Source: Bigelowiella natans CCMP2755
Lineage: Eukaryota; Protista; Cercozoa
Reading direction: 5' to 3'
Length of the DNA stretch: 64,000 bases
Assembly (NCBI GenBank): GCA_000320545.1
Contig: ADNK01001596.1
Location: forward strand, 1 to 64,000
Below are positions 32,944 through 45,850 of this stretch, piece after piece. A program made the position numbers and the translations under genes. Under the pieces are notes generated by a model that was not told the origin of the DNA, made no database searches, and saw only the letters and a program-made list of their open reading frames with translations. The first letter of the stretch is position 1. Each line of letters begins with the position of its first letter.

Positions 32944-34236
32944 GTGTGAACATCATGAACCCCATGAACACATGAAAACCCAATCACCTTCCGTTCATTG
33001 ACGACAGACGATGCCTTCCTGACGGGGTCCATGCCACTGTCGCCCTGTGGCATGCCACCAAAAATCAATTTCACTCAAATGGTCCTTGACCACCAAAACA
33101 CATGCACCACGCAACAATGTGCACACCAGACGTCAGAGGGCGAGGACCACTTGATTTGTGACACCTCAAGAGATGCAGAAGGGGGGTCTGATGTGGGCTT
33201 GGTGATGCAAGGGTCGGCCATTGTTTGCATTTCAAGGCTCCCGTGTTTGCTTTTTGAAACTGTCACTTTGAAATTGCGTGTTTTTTTTTTGGTGAAATTG
33301 CGCATTGACACTCGTTGATGAATGAAATTGATCTTTTCCGAAAACACCCAATTCCAACCCCAATGATGCACATGAATGTGGGGCATTTCGTCCAAAATTG
33401 CCATCGGACGAATGAGTCCCATCGGACGATCAATTGGACTGGTGAGAGTTCTGTTGACTGCATCGATCGCACCCCCAACAAGATCTCGTCCAGATGTGCG
33501 GAACAAGGTCCCTCGCTGCTCGTTGATGAATGCACAGGGGAGGTTGGCCCAAGACACGGATGAAAATTGACAACACTTTGACTCCGGAAGTGTGGCTCTG
33601 TTTCACATCGGAGTTGAACCAGCGCAAAGAGCACATTTTTTTCTGGGCAAGCACGTGGAGCTTTCATGCTCAAAGCACAGTGGGCATGTGTGCATGTGTT
33701 GAGAAAGATGTGGAGGTTTCTGTCAAACATTCTTTCACGTGGTGAGTTTGGGACAAACGACAAGCCTGAATGAACAATGTTTGGGAACATTGGCCAAAAG
33801 GAACCACGTTGTTTTGTCTTTGTTCAGGTGAAAATCGCATTGCATTCAAACTGAGCGGCCATCCGGGCGACAAATGGCAACGTGTGACTCGTCACATGGG
33901 CTCACTGCCTCGTGTGAGCTTTCAGGACCTTGAAGGGGGAGCCAGTTTGCATGGGCGGTTTTCCCTTCAATTTTGTCCATTTCACCGACCATCCACAACG
34001 AATCGTTGCATGCCCCCCTCCTGTGACCACGTTTCTGGGCATGCAACTCACGTCACGTGCCCCCATGTGACCAACCAACACACGGGAACGTCAGCCTGAA
34101 CCCATGTGAACATTCTCACGTGCAAATGCAAGGTGCAACAAAGCACAACGTGCACTGCCATTTGCACTTGTGCACGTGCATGCGCGCTCACATGCACTTG
34201 GTGGTCGCAAACTGACCACAGAGTCGTCTTTTTTGT

Positions 34237-35847
34237 TTGCATCACTGCAGCCTCAGTTCTGATGTCGTCTGTGTTTCAGGGTCCAAGTGCCTCACAAGTC
34301 TTTTCGTGAAGAAGTGTGACCTGTCATCGTGGGGGGCATTGTGCGAGAAGTTTCAAGTTCCCCAGAACGACAAGTGGCTCAGTTTCGCAATCGAGTTCCA
34401 CCTTGTTGAAAACAAGATGGCTCCAGAGAAGAACAAGCGGGTCGTTCCAGACGTTGCATTGAACAGTTTCCAGAATTGTGTTGACCAATGCAAAGCAAGA
34501 CGCACGATGGAGGATGCAGAAAGAACTCAACTCAAGGGAGATGCGATCGACCTCAACGTCCTCACCGGAGTCGTCGTCGAGAAACCAGGGATCGTCGTGC
34601 AATCGAAGGGCGCAAATCAACAGGTGTGCACTTCTTTTCAAAGTTGCGAAAATGCCAGCACGTTCGAAACTCTGTGTTTTTTGTCAGGTCACGTCTTCGT
34701 TGACACTCTCATTGGAGCTTTTGACATCGGGCAGCCTTTCGACGACAAGACTCTCAACATCCACGTCAACAAGATGCACGCTGGCAAACAGCTGGATGTG
34801 GATCGCCACATTGCTGGCAACTTCACCCTCACCATTCGGTGTCTCCCTGAAAACTCCAACTCTTTCAGGGAGATCATCGGCAATTTTGGGCACGACGACG
34901 TCGACGTGCTCCATGCACACGAGCACGATCGACGTCCACAAAAGCCTGAGACCTCTTTCGCTCCGATGATTGACGCACACATCATCGCGAAGAACGGGTG
35001 TTGCGCGCATGTGGACTTGGGGAAGCGCGAGAACCTCACCATCACTTCGAGTCCAAAGGTCACCACCGTGGAAGGCAAGTCTTTCACGGTGGACAGAAAA
35101 GGCGATGTGATGGAACACCTGTGCTCCACTTTTTGCGAGGAGAGATCTGCTGTCCCAATTGCCCACGGTGGACAAGGGTTCGACGCGTGTGCACTGTTGC
35201 ACCACACACGCAACTGCACTCAGTTGAACCGTCACCGGGTGATTGCCAACTTCACCAAGGCCAAAGTCCACTCGATGACTGCCAAGGATGATCCATCTTC
35301 TCAGAAAGAGCTTTTCCAGACCAAGTTCAATGCCATCTTGACCAAGCACAGTGCCCTTCATCGTTTTGGAAATCACTGGCGTGACCTTGGCCGTTCTGAG
35401 GGGAAGTCGCCCGATGATGCCTCCGACGACGAAGAAACATCTCTGATTGAGCTCGTCAAGAAAAGTGTCAGTCCAACCAAAGGCAAAGGTGAACAACTCA
35501 CTTTGATTGTCACTCGTGCACTGGTGCATTCGCAACCCACACGTTTCTCAGGTGAGAAACGCCCACACACTTTGCGTGCCAGAGTGTCTCCTGCGAAGAA
35601 GGCCAAGACCACCAAGGCTGTGGGCAAGTCCATCAAGCGCCGCACGTCCGACCCTCCGATGTGTCACGTGTGCCAGAAGCCCATCTTGCCCAACGAGGGA
35701 CGAGAATGTGCTGAATGCAAGGACTTTGTCCACAAGGATTGCTTGACCCACAAGAGCACCGAGTTCAAGGCACGCTTCTGTTCTGAAGCGTGCAAAAAAG
35801 CTCACATCAAGATCACTCGCGATGCAGCCAAACTTTGGTCAAAATGA
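34237..35847 (+). pseudogene. Hypermutated 536-aa ORF with a C-terminal PHD-like finger
   Basis: CHVCQKPILPNEGRECAECKDFVHKDC...FCSEAC is a C4HC3-like pattern. No Tyr, no introns, coding-like composition. Confidence 0.6.
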
Positions 35848-37019
35848 AAAAAAAAAAAAAGGTCTGCAATGGCCCATCGTGGCCCATTTCTGCACGTCTC
35901 ATCGCTTTCCTGATGAGAAAAAGCTCCATCTGCAGTCTGTTTTTCCTTTTTTGGCCACGTTGTTTCAATCTCAACTGCATGCATTTTTCAATGTGAAATC
36001 GTTCAATGTGATGTTTGCAAATGCAAATTCTCTTTGATGCATTTCAAAACGCGCTTCACTTTGCAATTTGCTGACTTGCCTCCGTTTGCTCTCGCATCTG
36101 CCATGCACACGTTTGTCACAATGTCCATCATGTTTGATTCGCTGCCCCGTTTGCACGTGTTCATTCTCATGCTGCGCTGCGTTCGCGTTTTTTCCCCGCC
36201 ATGTCATTTCGCGCAATCGCAACTTTGCCTTTTGACAGCGCTCTCAGGCATCACATTTTGCGTCGATCGTGACCATTTTTGCCTCTGAAGTGGACAACCA
36301 AGCGGTGCTGACAGTGGATTGGTGCAAAATCTCAGAAATCCGGCCAAACTAGCAAATCCGATCCTCAGCGGGACCAAAAATCAAAAGGTTTTGCCCGCTT
36401 TTCGGAGGCCGGAAATTGGCTGGAAATTGACGATTTCCGGGATGGTCTTGGTTGGTGCGCAATGTCGAAAACTTCTTGCTGAACAAACTTTGCAAGTTTG
36501 CCGGGCAATCCGTGGATTTCCAAGACGCAAGAGGTTCATGTTCACGGATGCATGCTGCATGGTTGGTGTCAATGACGATGCGCACAGCGACATCGACTCC
36601 GCGCTTTGTGGCCAGAAGCAAGTGCGCACGTGCACTTTGCCAGTCCAAACACACGTGTGTGCAATGTTGCTTTCATGCTTCTGATTCCGTGTGCAGCAAA
36701 ACCAAAGTCGATCGTGCACGGTGCTCCTTCGGGCGAAGCGACCGCACTGGCGTGGATCGGCGCTTGGACGTGGCCCTCAGGAAGTTCCTGCTCAAAGCAC
36801 ACGCTTTGCGTCGCCGCCACATTGCTGCTGGTCACACTGCTCCATCACAGCTAGCCAGCCATTGTGCCAACTTCAAAATCCTGTTGGTCTTCACCGTGCA
36901 GTTGGTCCTCACCAGAGCTTTGCACTTCGTGCATTGCAATCTTCATCATTGTCGTTTTGTTTTTGCTGCTGTGTCATCACCATTGGACCATGACCTGGAG
37001 ACTGCTGCAGTCCAGCACT

Positions 37020-37720
37020 GCTAGACTGCCCAGCTAGCTAGCTGGATCTGCTGGTCCAGACCACCAGACTGTCATCAGCAGAGATCACCCCGCTAGCTAG
37101 CAGCTAGCTAGCTGGCCCGCGATCGCCACCTGCTCTGGTGCTAGTCCACAATGAAATGCCTGTCTCTGGCTAGCTAGGTCCGGATGGACGCGTTGAGCTC
37201 CATCCAGAGCTCTGGAGTTGCAGCAGACAAGCTCTGGAGCTAGCTAGCTAGCAAGTCTAGCTAGCTAGGAGTCAAATGAGTTCGTTCGATTCCAGTCTAC
37301 TAGTGTGATTCGAATCGCATCGCAGATCGCAATCACACAACTCTGGAACTCTAGAACTCCAGCTAGCCAGGCTAGCAGGCTAGCAGGCCTAGACAGCTAG
37401 ACAGGCACACAGCTTTGTAGCTCTGAGCTACTAGACAGCCCTAGCTAGCTAGAGCTAGAGAGCTAGAGAGAGCTCCAGAATGCTAGACTAGCTAGCTAGT
37501 GGAGCATGTCAGCGCTAGAGCGTGGAGCTAGCTAGCTAGCTCTGGTGGAAACCATGGAATGGCTGAATCATCTGGACCATCGCCGTGAGCTGTTTGATCG
37601 GTCCTAGCTAGCTAGCTAGCGCTAGTGCTGTGCGCATCTAAAAATGTAGGCGTCAGCACAAAGCGGACTCATGATGCACTAGCTCTAGAGCTAGCTAGTG
37701 CTAGAGTGCACTAGTGCAGG
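37020..37720. repeat. CTAG-rich low-complexity tract
   Basis: Dense CTAG, CTAGCTAG and AGCTAG words mixed with CTGG and CCAG. Confidence 0.85.
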
Positions 37721-37929
37721 AACAATGTGTTCTTCTCACCATCTATCATCACCACTTAGCTTTTCCGATTTTAGCACAAAATCTAAAAAAGTGTCACTAA
37801 CAAATTCTAGCATGCATGCTTTTGGTTGCCAAAATTCATCATTTAGAGCGGATTTCATTGCATCATCACATGGCATGGATTGAACACTCAGCCTTGAAAT
37901 CTGTGCTACTGATCCGAATTGTACATGAG

Positions 37930-37977
<48 letters not shown>

Positions 37978-38219
37978 GATCTAACGTGGATATATTCATT
38001 GATTATAATAACATGTCTAAATTTCATATATAAGAATTACTGCAATTTCTTCCAATTTTTAATTTTTACTAATAACCCATGCACTTGCGACAATAACAAG
38101 GTTCTTTGCCTCTCAAATGTAAAGGGATGTGACGATCTCGCCCCTGTGGAAAATTATCATTATCGATGTTTTCATGAGGAGTTATATCTTAATGGTGTTC
38201 AGAGACGTATAAATGACAA

Positions 38220-40166
38220 GCAGTAGCATACCTTGGATTTTGCAGAGCCCCTCTTTGTGACCCCCCTCTTAATTGGCGTTGCCCTTCTCGGCGTCCGTTT
38301 CTTTTCGCCCCTTGCAGCCTGCCTCACGCGCGATTTTGCACTTTTCGGTGCTAGACCATTACGACGTACAATAGGAGACTGTGCACGCTGAGTTTGCTTC
38401 TTCTTCCTCTTCTACGATGAGAATAAATTACAGTGCATTTGAAATTTAGTTCTTGGGAAAACGAGCCAGAAATATCGAAAACAAAAGCTTCACAATAAGA
38501 TCATGAGGTTAATCAGCTTGGAAATCCAGTTGCCATGCAAGTAAATATCAAGAAAAAGAAAAGACAATAAGAAGGCTATTACAGTAATTGAGTTCTTCAG
38601 AGTTAATGCCCCTCCTAGTCGCTTCGTCCCCTCTTCCGCGCGCTGTGAACACCATTATTGCATAAAACAAAATATCACAAGGGCCATCATTCCTGCATAT
38701 CTCTCTAACGTTTCCTTCCTTCCATTTCTCTTTTCTCTAATTCAACGTTTGAAACCAGGGGGGGGGGGGGGGAGTGGTTGGGGGATTGAGATACGGAAAT
38801 CTGTACATATAAGAAAGGGTTCAATGAGTGAAAAACGAAAGATGCTTGGGTGGCTGTTGTGTATATTAGGCAGGGAAGAGTATTGTTTTTACCATGATAC
38901 AGAACTTTTTTAATGCCTTATTTCTTCGCTTCTTCGTAAACTTCACCGTAGGAATATCTTCCGAGAAGTTCTTTTCCTCTCCATCCACAACTAGCGAATG
39001 CTGCTCCTCCTCCTGCTGCTGCTGCCGGTGGTGGTAGAAGAGGTTGTGCTTTACATCAGTTTTTGCAACGAATTGCTCACTGCTGCTCACACCTCCCCTT
39101 CCTCCCCCCCCTCCTTTCAAATTTCTGCTAATGATGATTGTGTCTTTTCTGGCGTGCACAGAATCTACAGAATCGGGAGATTTGATTATGGTCTCTCTCC
39201 TAGAGTGCGCTGATGCAATGGAGTCAGGAGACTTGAGTATGGTCTCTCTCCTTGAGTGCTGTGATGCAATCGATTCAGGTGTTTTCACGATGGTGACTCT
39301 CCTCGAATGCGCTGAGGCTACCGATCCAGGCGATTCCTCCATATCGTTCCTGGCACTGCCGTTGTGGTTCTTTCTGCTGTGTCGGTATTCTTTCCTTGGC
39401 GGTGTAGTGCGTGGCGGCAGCTCCGGTCCCTAATAATGTGTGTGAAAACAATAGTAATAGTCGGTATATTGGTGATGCTGATACCATTTAAAGTAGCAGC
39501 GGCGACGACGACGACGAATACGACACAAATATGTTCTCCATACTCTTTAGCATGTCACCCTGATTTAGGCCATCATCATCCCCTTCCCCCCCCTACGAAA
39601 TCGTTGGTCAACCGTCGTCTGCTTCAAAGGGACTGTGGACTGTGCAGAGGCTGTTGTCCTCCCTTCTTTGCGTCCCTTTGCCTCCCTATTCGGTAGCTTT
39701 GGGGAAGAGGATGAAGAAGCTGCTACCACAGTAGCAGCAATTCTATCTCTCGGCCTCACTGGTAGAGGAGGTGCGTTGCGTGGCTGCTGCTGCTGCTGAT
39801 GATGATGATGATAATGACCGCTGCTGTTCATATTATTATCGTTGGTTGTATTTTGAGGTTGTTGTGAAGGTGTTTGCGGTTGAGATTTGTAGTCATGCAA
39901 CTGCTGCTGCCTCCTCTGCCTATTCTTGCGGGGTGGGGTTTTATGCGGCCTGGAAAGAAGAGGAGGAGGAGCAGGAGGCGTCGCATTCGGGTTGGTATGA
40001 GAAGAAACTGTACTAGCCACCACATTACTATCCTTGTGGACCTCGGGACTCTTAATACTACTACCCCGCCGCCTTGGAGGAAGAGGGGGGGGGCTTTTGT
40101 TTGGTGGAGGGGGTCTTCTCTTGCTCCCTTGCTGCTGCTGCTGCCGCTGCTGCTGTTGTGGTCGCA

Positions 40167-40202
<36 letters not shown>

Positions 40203-40359
40203 TTGCGTTATTTCGATCATCACCTCCATGGGTCTTCTTCCGTGATTTGAAGCAATGGGAGGTTACAGATGTCTCCGGTCGCTCACCGGGGTAGTCTAGA
40301 TCAATATTGCTGTGAAAGTAGTGATGATGGTGATGGATGGCGGACTTGTTTGCATTTCG

Positions 40360-40390
<31 letters not shown>

Positions 40391-40985
40391 GCTTCGTTGC
40401 CCTCACAACCAGCATCATCGTCATCATCACCGTCTTCTTCTTGATCGTGGCTGTAGCTAAGAATCTCGTCGTCATCATCATCATCATAATCATCATCCGC
40501 TTGACGGCTTCGCCCTCCATTATTACAGCTCATTGAGGAGGCAGCGTCTTGTCTACTACCAGGAGAGAGCTCCTGTGATGCAGCACGGCTATTTTTATTG
40601 CGGCTTTCCTCACTGACATCGAATTCCACTTCGTCCTCGTAATCATCGCCATTGTTGCAATCATCGTTATATCCTCTATCCTCTGGAGAGAAGGGGTAGG
40701 GAAAAACAGGCATCGTGTCATTGGTATTCTTCACCATATCATGTATCACATCTTATTGGAACGGGAAACAACGTATTACAACTCCGCAGCTCTCTTCACA
40801 ACAAGAGGACATAATACCTACTACTACTACTACTACTACCGCTTTCCTAACCCCCTTTTATTCTATTACTACCATATCGTGTGGCTTGCGCCGCACTGTT
40901 ATGCATAGGAGGAAGTCCTAATGGATTAGCTTGACGATGATGGCTACCAAGACCCTTTCTCTCCGCCCCCTGACCCTCCATTGGC

Positions 40986-41019
<34 letters not shown>

Positions 41020-42678
41020 TTGATGATAATGATGATAATTGGAGACCACTTGCCATTGGCATAGAACTACTTTGGGCTACCGCCGCTCGTACCAGCGAGG
41101 ATGACGAAAATAAAGTTGGTGCTCCTGATTGGCCGCTGCTACTCTGCTGCTGCTGCTTCTGTATTCCTTGAAGCTGCTGCAGCTGCTGCAAGACCGCCAA
41201 CTGGGCTTGCTGGCTTTGCGACAATGATAATAATGTTGGTGTTGTTGAAGGAGCAGGAGCAGGATGATTATGAGAATGGTGATGACGACCAAATTGCTGC
41301 TGTTGGTGTTGCTGATGAGGATTTGATTGCCTCGATGCTTCTAACAGTACTGCAGGCTGTGCTATAGCAGGAGCAGCAGAAGTAGCAGCAGTAGTAGTCG
41401 TTGTGAAGGAAGAGTCGTTTTGAAAATGCTGATTCTGCTTTATTTCCACTCCCACAGAGCGTGGAGGAGAATAGGGGGAAGGCCGACTCTGCACAACATG
41501 CATACCACTAATTATTCTTCACGATACGCACATCAAACCCGCACACACACACACACACACACACACACAGATGTCTTATCTCACTGTATTATATAATATA
41601 TATGTAATATAAGTTAAAATATGTTGGAAAAATGGAAAACTATTTTCTGTTATTCTTCCTTCTTTGTCCTATCATCTTTTCTTCTATTAACGAAACATCC
41701 TTCCCCCTCCTTACACTTGATGAATTCACCACTCGTTTCCTACCCCCCCCCCCCCCCCTCCCCTATTGATTCTATTTCTCACCACCTTTGGAAGGTTGTT
41801 TAGGACGTTCACGATCGAGGCAATTGCAGGATCATAGTGCACATTATATCTTGAGAGGAAGAGGGAGAAGATGATGACATTAGTTAGAAAAGATAGATTT
41901 ATGATGCTTGCAGTCGTTATCATATCCATATCAATAACACATGCATATCACTACATCTAAAAAGTAATTTATGCCAGCCCACACACACACACACACACAC
42001 AAACATACGTAAGCGCACATTCTAAACCAACCAAATAAATAAATCACTAAACTGTTCGGCCTCATCGCGTTTAGGTGGGGGCTAAGAGAGTTTGGGGGGG
42101 GGGGATGAAGACAGCAAAGCGAATAGAACAAAGGGCAAAACACAATCGAACGCTCAGAACCGTAAACATATAGTGCTATCGTTTATACAAAACAAACCGC
42201 CGTCCGGCAAATCATAGCCCCCTCCCCCCCCCCCCCCCTAAAATATACTAAACGACAACTCTGCAAAAACTTTCCGTTGGAAAACCCATTCTCTTCTATC
42301 GACATATATGTTTTTCATTTTCTCATCGAAGACCCTATTCTTCTTGTCAGGCGGCGTTTCACTTTGAGCAAGGATAAGGCCAATGCTCTGGCTATTTCTT
42401 TGGTAAATGTTGTTCTTTTGTTGTTGCTGCTGCTGTTGTTCTTGCTGTTGTTGTTGTTGGGCGCTAACTCCCCCACCCTGTGGAACCGTGCCCAGTCGCT
42501 GCTGCTTTGCTACCGCGGGTGGACTGTGGCAATGTTCATCTATATACAAAAGAGATTTGAATGCACATGATTCAATGAGCAAAACCATACTCTTAGTGCG
42601 ACAGCAACAAGAAATGCTCAACCAAGAAATATATCTGAGTAGAAGAATGGGAAAAAAGAGAAGAGAATAAGAGAAGCA

Positions 42679-42709
<31 letters not shown>

Positions 42710-43516
42710 TTGCTACAATATGAAGATGACTGCTGCGACTACTACCACAACGGTTTCTACTACCCCGAGCGCTGCTGGTGAGTCTTGGAGTCTCTCGACA
42801 CCCTCCAAATTCAAACTGAGGGGGATGGGAAATGGGCTTTTGCCTGTAATTATATCAAATAGCACACACATTGAGGAATATGCTCATAAGCTAAGATGCT
42901 TGCGATTTTCAGAATAGGGACAATCGATAAGGTATCAGCGGTCAATAATGCAACTCCCTCTCTCATCGTCATCGTTGTAATCATCACTATCATCATCATT
43001 ATTTTTTCCTCCTCACCCAGCTACACGGGGCCGCTCTAGCTGCGGGTGGTAGAGGAGGGGGTCGGGCTCGCAAATATCGCTCAAATCGTCCATCGTGTCT
43101 ACATACATGTGTTGTAACGGAGTGAAATATGAGTCTCGTCAGCTACCATCCACGCACATAGGTAGCGCTGCTCCAACTCTCGACGTGTGATACGAAGATA
43201 CTGACCTCGTCCTCTCTGCGGGTCAGCAGCCTCCTCCGGAATGCCCCTCAAATTATAAGGCGAGGAGGGGTGGGAGGGCAGCTTCGATACCAATTTCTTC
43301 CTTTGTAATAACAATAAGCAACAACTACGGATATGAGTACTTCTAATACGCAGAGAGCCACAAGCACACCTATAATTCAAATGTTGGAGAGATCTCTGAA
43401 GATTTTCAAATTGTGCAATATACACGCAATGCATTCGTCGCATAAAAAAATAGCCATGTAAGTAAACATGTAAATAAATAAGTAGAGAGAATCGAGACGA
43501 GGGAAATTATATACAA

Positions 43517-43558
<42 letters not shown>

Positions 43559-45749
43559 ACATATATTCTTCACCTTCTATTGTGCAGATCGTCTCCGTGC
43601 TCCGCAGTATAATCACTACTAAACTTGTTGCTACTGCTGCTGCTGTGACCCACATCAACCATGGGGCCTTGGGTTGATGGGGTTAACACATTGCTGTTGT
43701 AGTTGTAGTTATTGTTCTTCTTCTTCGCACTCGAAAGCATAGCATCAAGGTCTGGGGTGTTGGGTTACCAAAGGCGCAGTTATGGGTTGTGCTCAATTAT
43801 GTGGATCTGCTGTCTGTTATTGCTTCGATGAGGCGGCTAGGAAATCATACACACACCCCAGGCCTGGTACGGTAGCGAAAGCTTTTAATAAAGCCCTCAT
43901 CATTTCGTATCATGCCGTATTTTCCTCTTATTTTGTTTCTTAGGCATCACGACTACTACTACTACTACTACTACTAGCACTACTTCTCCCATGAGTGGTC
44001 CTGCTGCTACTTTTGGTCTTATTCCTACACTACTAGTACTAGCTCAAGTTTAATAGCACTACTTGCATTCGATGCCATGATCTCTTCATAAGAATGGTTG
44101 AAGGGCTCTAGAGGCTCATCGTCGTCGATGATACTGATCATTAGAAAAACGGAGACCACCGATTAGTGCCACAAATAAACTCTATCACGATGATGCTGCT
44201 GCTGTTAAATAATAGATGAAAACAATGAGGCACACCGATGAGGATGTCCTCCTACAGCAAGCATCACAACAACTACTACTTACTCTGTTGGGGGTATGAT
44301 GCTTTGTAACACAGGATCTCTGTGGGGGGAGAAGGCAAGGATAGCAATGGGATGGGGGTGGGCGCGTACGCTCAAATTCATAACTGACGTGACTTCAAAA
44401 TATTGATAATGAAGAGAGGAGAGGTTGTATGGTGATATCGTCCCTCAGAAAAGACATTCAGCTTCTTTTCACAGAAAGAAGAGAAGAAGGGGGGGGGGGG
44501 AGGAGGAGGAGGAGGAGTAGGAGGCAGATGTGTGTTTTACAGACATTGCGACGTCATGCACGTACATTTGGGCGCTTCCTGCGTTCTCTTTCCCCCCCCT
44601 TCCATGCAATCGTCGGCGATGGCCTTTATCGAAGATGGGCGGTGGTTTGTTCGACAATGGGGAGAGGCTGTTGTTGTCCAAACCGCAAAAAGAAGCTATC
44701 CTCTCAACCCGGTGCTGCTGCTGCTGATGCTGTATATGTTGCCTGTATTTAGTGCTGCTTGTAGAGGAGATTTTGCTCCTGCTCCCTAGCCTTGTTCCTC
44801 CACCCCCCCCGGGCTGATTGAAGTTTACTTCTTTAAGAAGATTGGTGTGAGAGCTCATCATCTCCTAAATTAATCACCACAGCTGTTATATGCATATGTA
44901 AAAGCGAAGCATTTCAAAGCAGAGGGAGCAATGGGAGCTTGGCCAGCCCGTAGAACCAAGAACGCTAGAACCAGGTTTCGTGATCACTGTTACTACAACT
45001 GCTTCTTCTTATTCTTCTTCTTCTACTACTACTACTACTACTACTGTTACTACAACGTCTTACTGTAAAATAACAAAACTGCGCAACTACAGCAATAGAA
45101 TTTTTTACATCGTAAGATCGGTCAAAAGGCTCAAGAGGGTCCTTCTTATGTTCCTCCTCCATGCGCTTCTGCTCTTTCTGAAGATCCATCATAACTTGGT
45201 CTTGGGAGAGGACCGAGGTGTTACCTGTCTGCCTCGAATCCTGAGAAATCTAAGGGAAAGTAAGAATACAACTATTATCAGCAGCAGCAACAATAACTGA
45301 TGGTGAAAAGCCGTAGTTAGAAAGAAAATTTTTGTGTATCTGTCTGAGGCGGGAAGTCTTGCTATAGATTCATTTAGCATGGATTTGGGGAGGAAGAATT
45401 GCACGTGTGGTGTGCATGCACGCTACTATTTGATTTGCCTTTATTACCATCGTGATGTTCATTCTGAGTTGGCTCATTTCGGCCTCGATGCCGCTCACTC
45501 TTTTCTCATAGGCTGAGACCTGCTCTTTCAAAGCATCATTTGCTTCGTTTTGATACTTGAGCGCTTCATCTTTCTTTGCAAGTTCCTCTTGGAGGACCAG
45601 CACGGACTCATATAGTCTGTATTAGTCGATTGAATGGAGGAGGGGAATACATACCATGCCGATAATCAACGATGCGTGTATATTTGACAGAAAAAGAGTA
45701 ATGGCAATAACTCTATTGTCAGGTACATGCTAACGATGTCTCCCGTCCG

Positions 45750-45791
<42 letters not shown>

Positions 45792-45850
45792 GTAAAACTC
45801 CCATGTATTACTTGTCTTTCTCTTCTCCTTCGCCATCGTCTTCTTCTTCC
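38220..45850 (-). CDS. One or more multi-exon low-complexity hypothetical genes with coiled-coil exons
   Basis: Minus-strand ORFs 45370-45603 (coiled coil), 43099-43443, 40847-41503, 39565-40749 and 38866-39342 (SPDSIASxHSRRETI repeats), separated by microsatellite-rich introns. Confidence 0.5.

Larger units (their letters stand above)
18839..33439. mobile_element. TIR DNA element D (about 2.8 kb when empty) hosting retrotransposons C and B; TA target suggests Tc1/mariner/pogo type
   Basis: Left end GTCCAATTAATCGTCCGATGGGATTTATTTGTCCGATGG from 18839 matches the reverse complement of 33401-33439. Flanked by TA (18837-18838) and TG (33440-33441, read as a mutated TA). No DDE motif recognised. 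Confidence 0.75.
25250..37020. other. TpA-depleted hypermutated domain 2 (except about 27100-28450)
   Basis: TA nearly absent outside CTAG. Aligned Tyr-to-His/Cys changes relative to element C. Confidence 0.92.
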
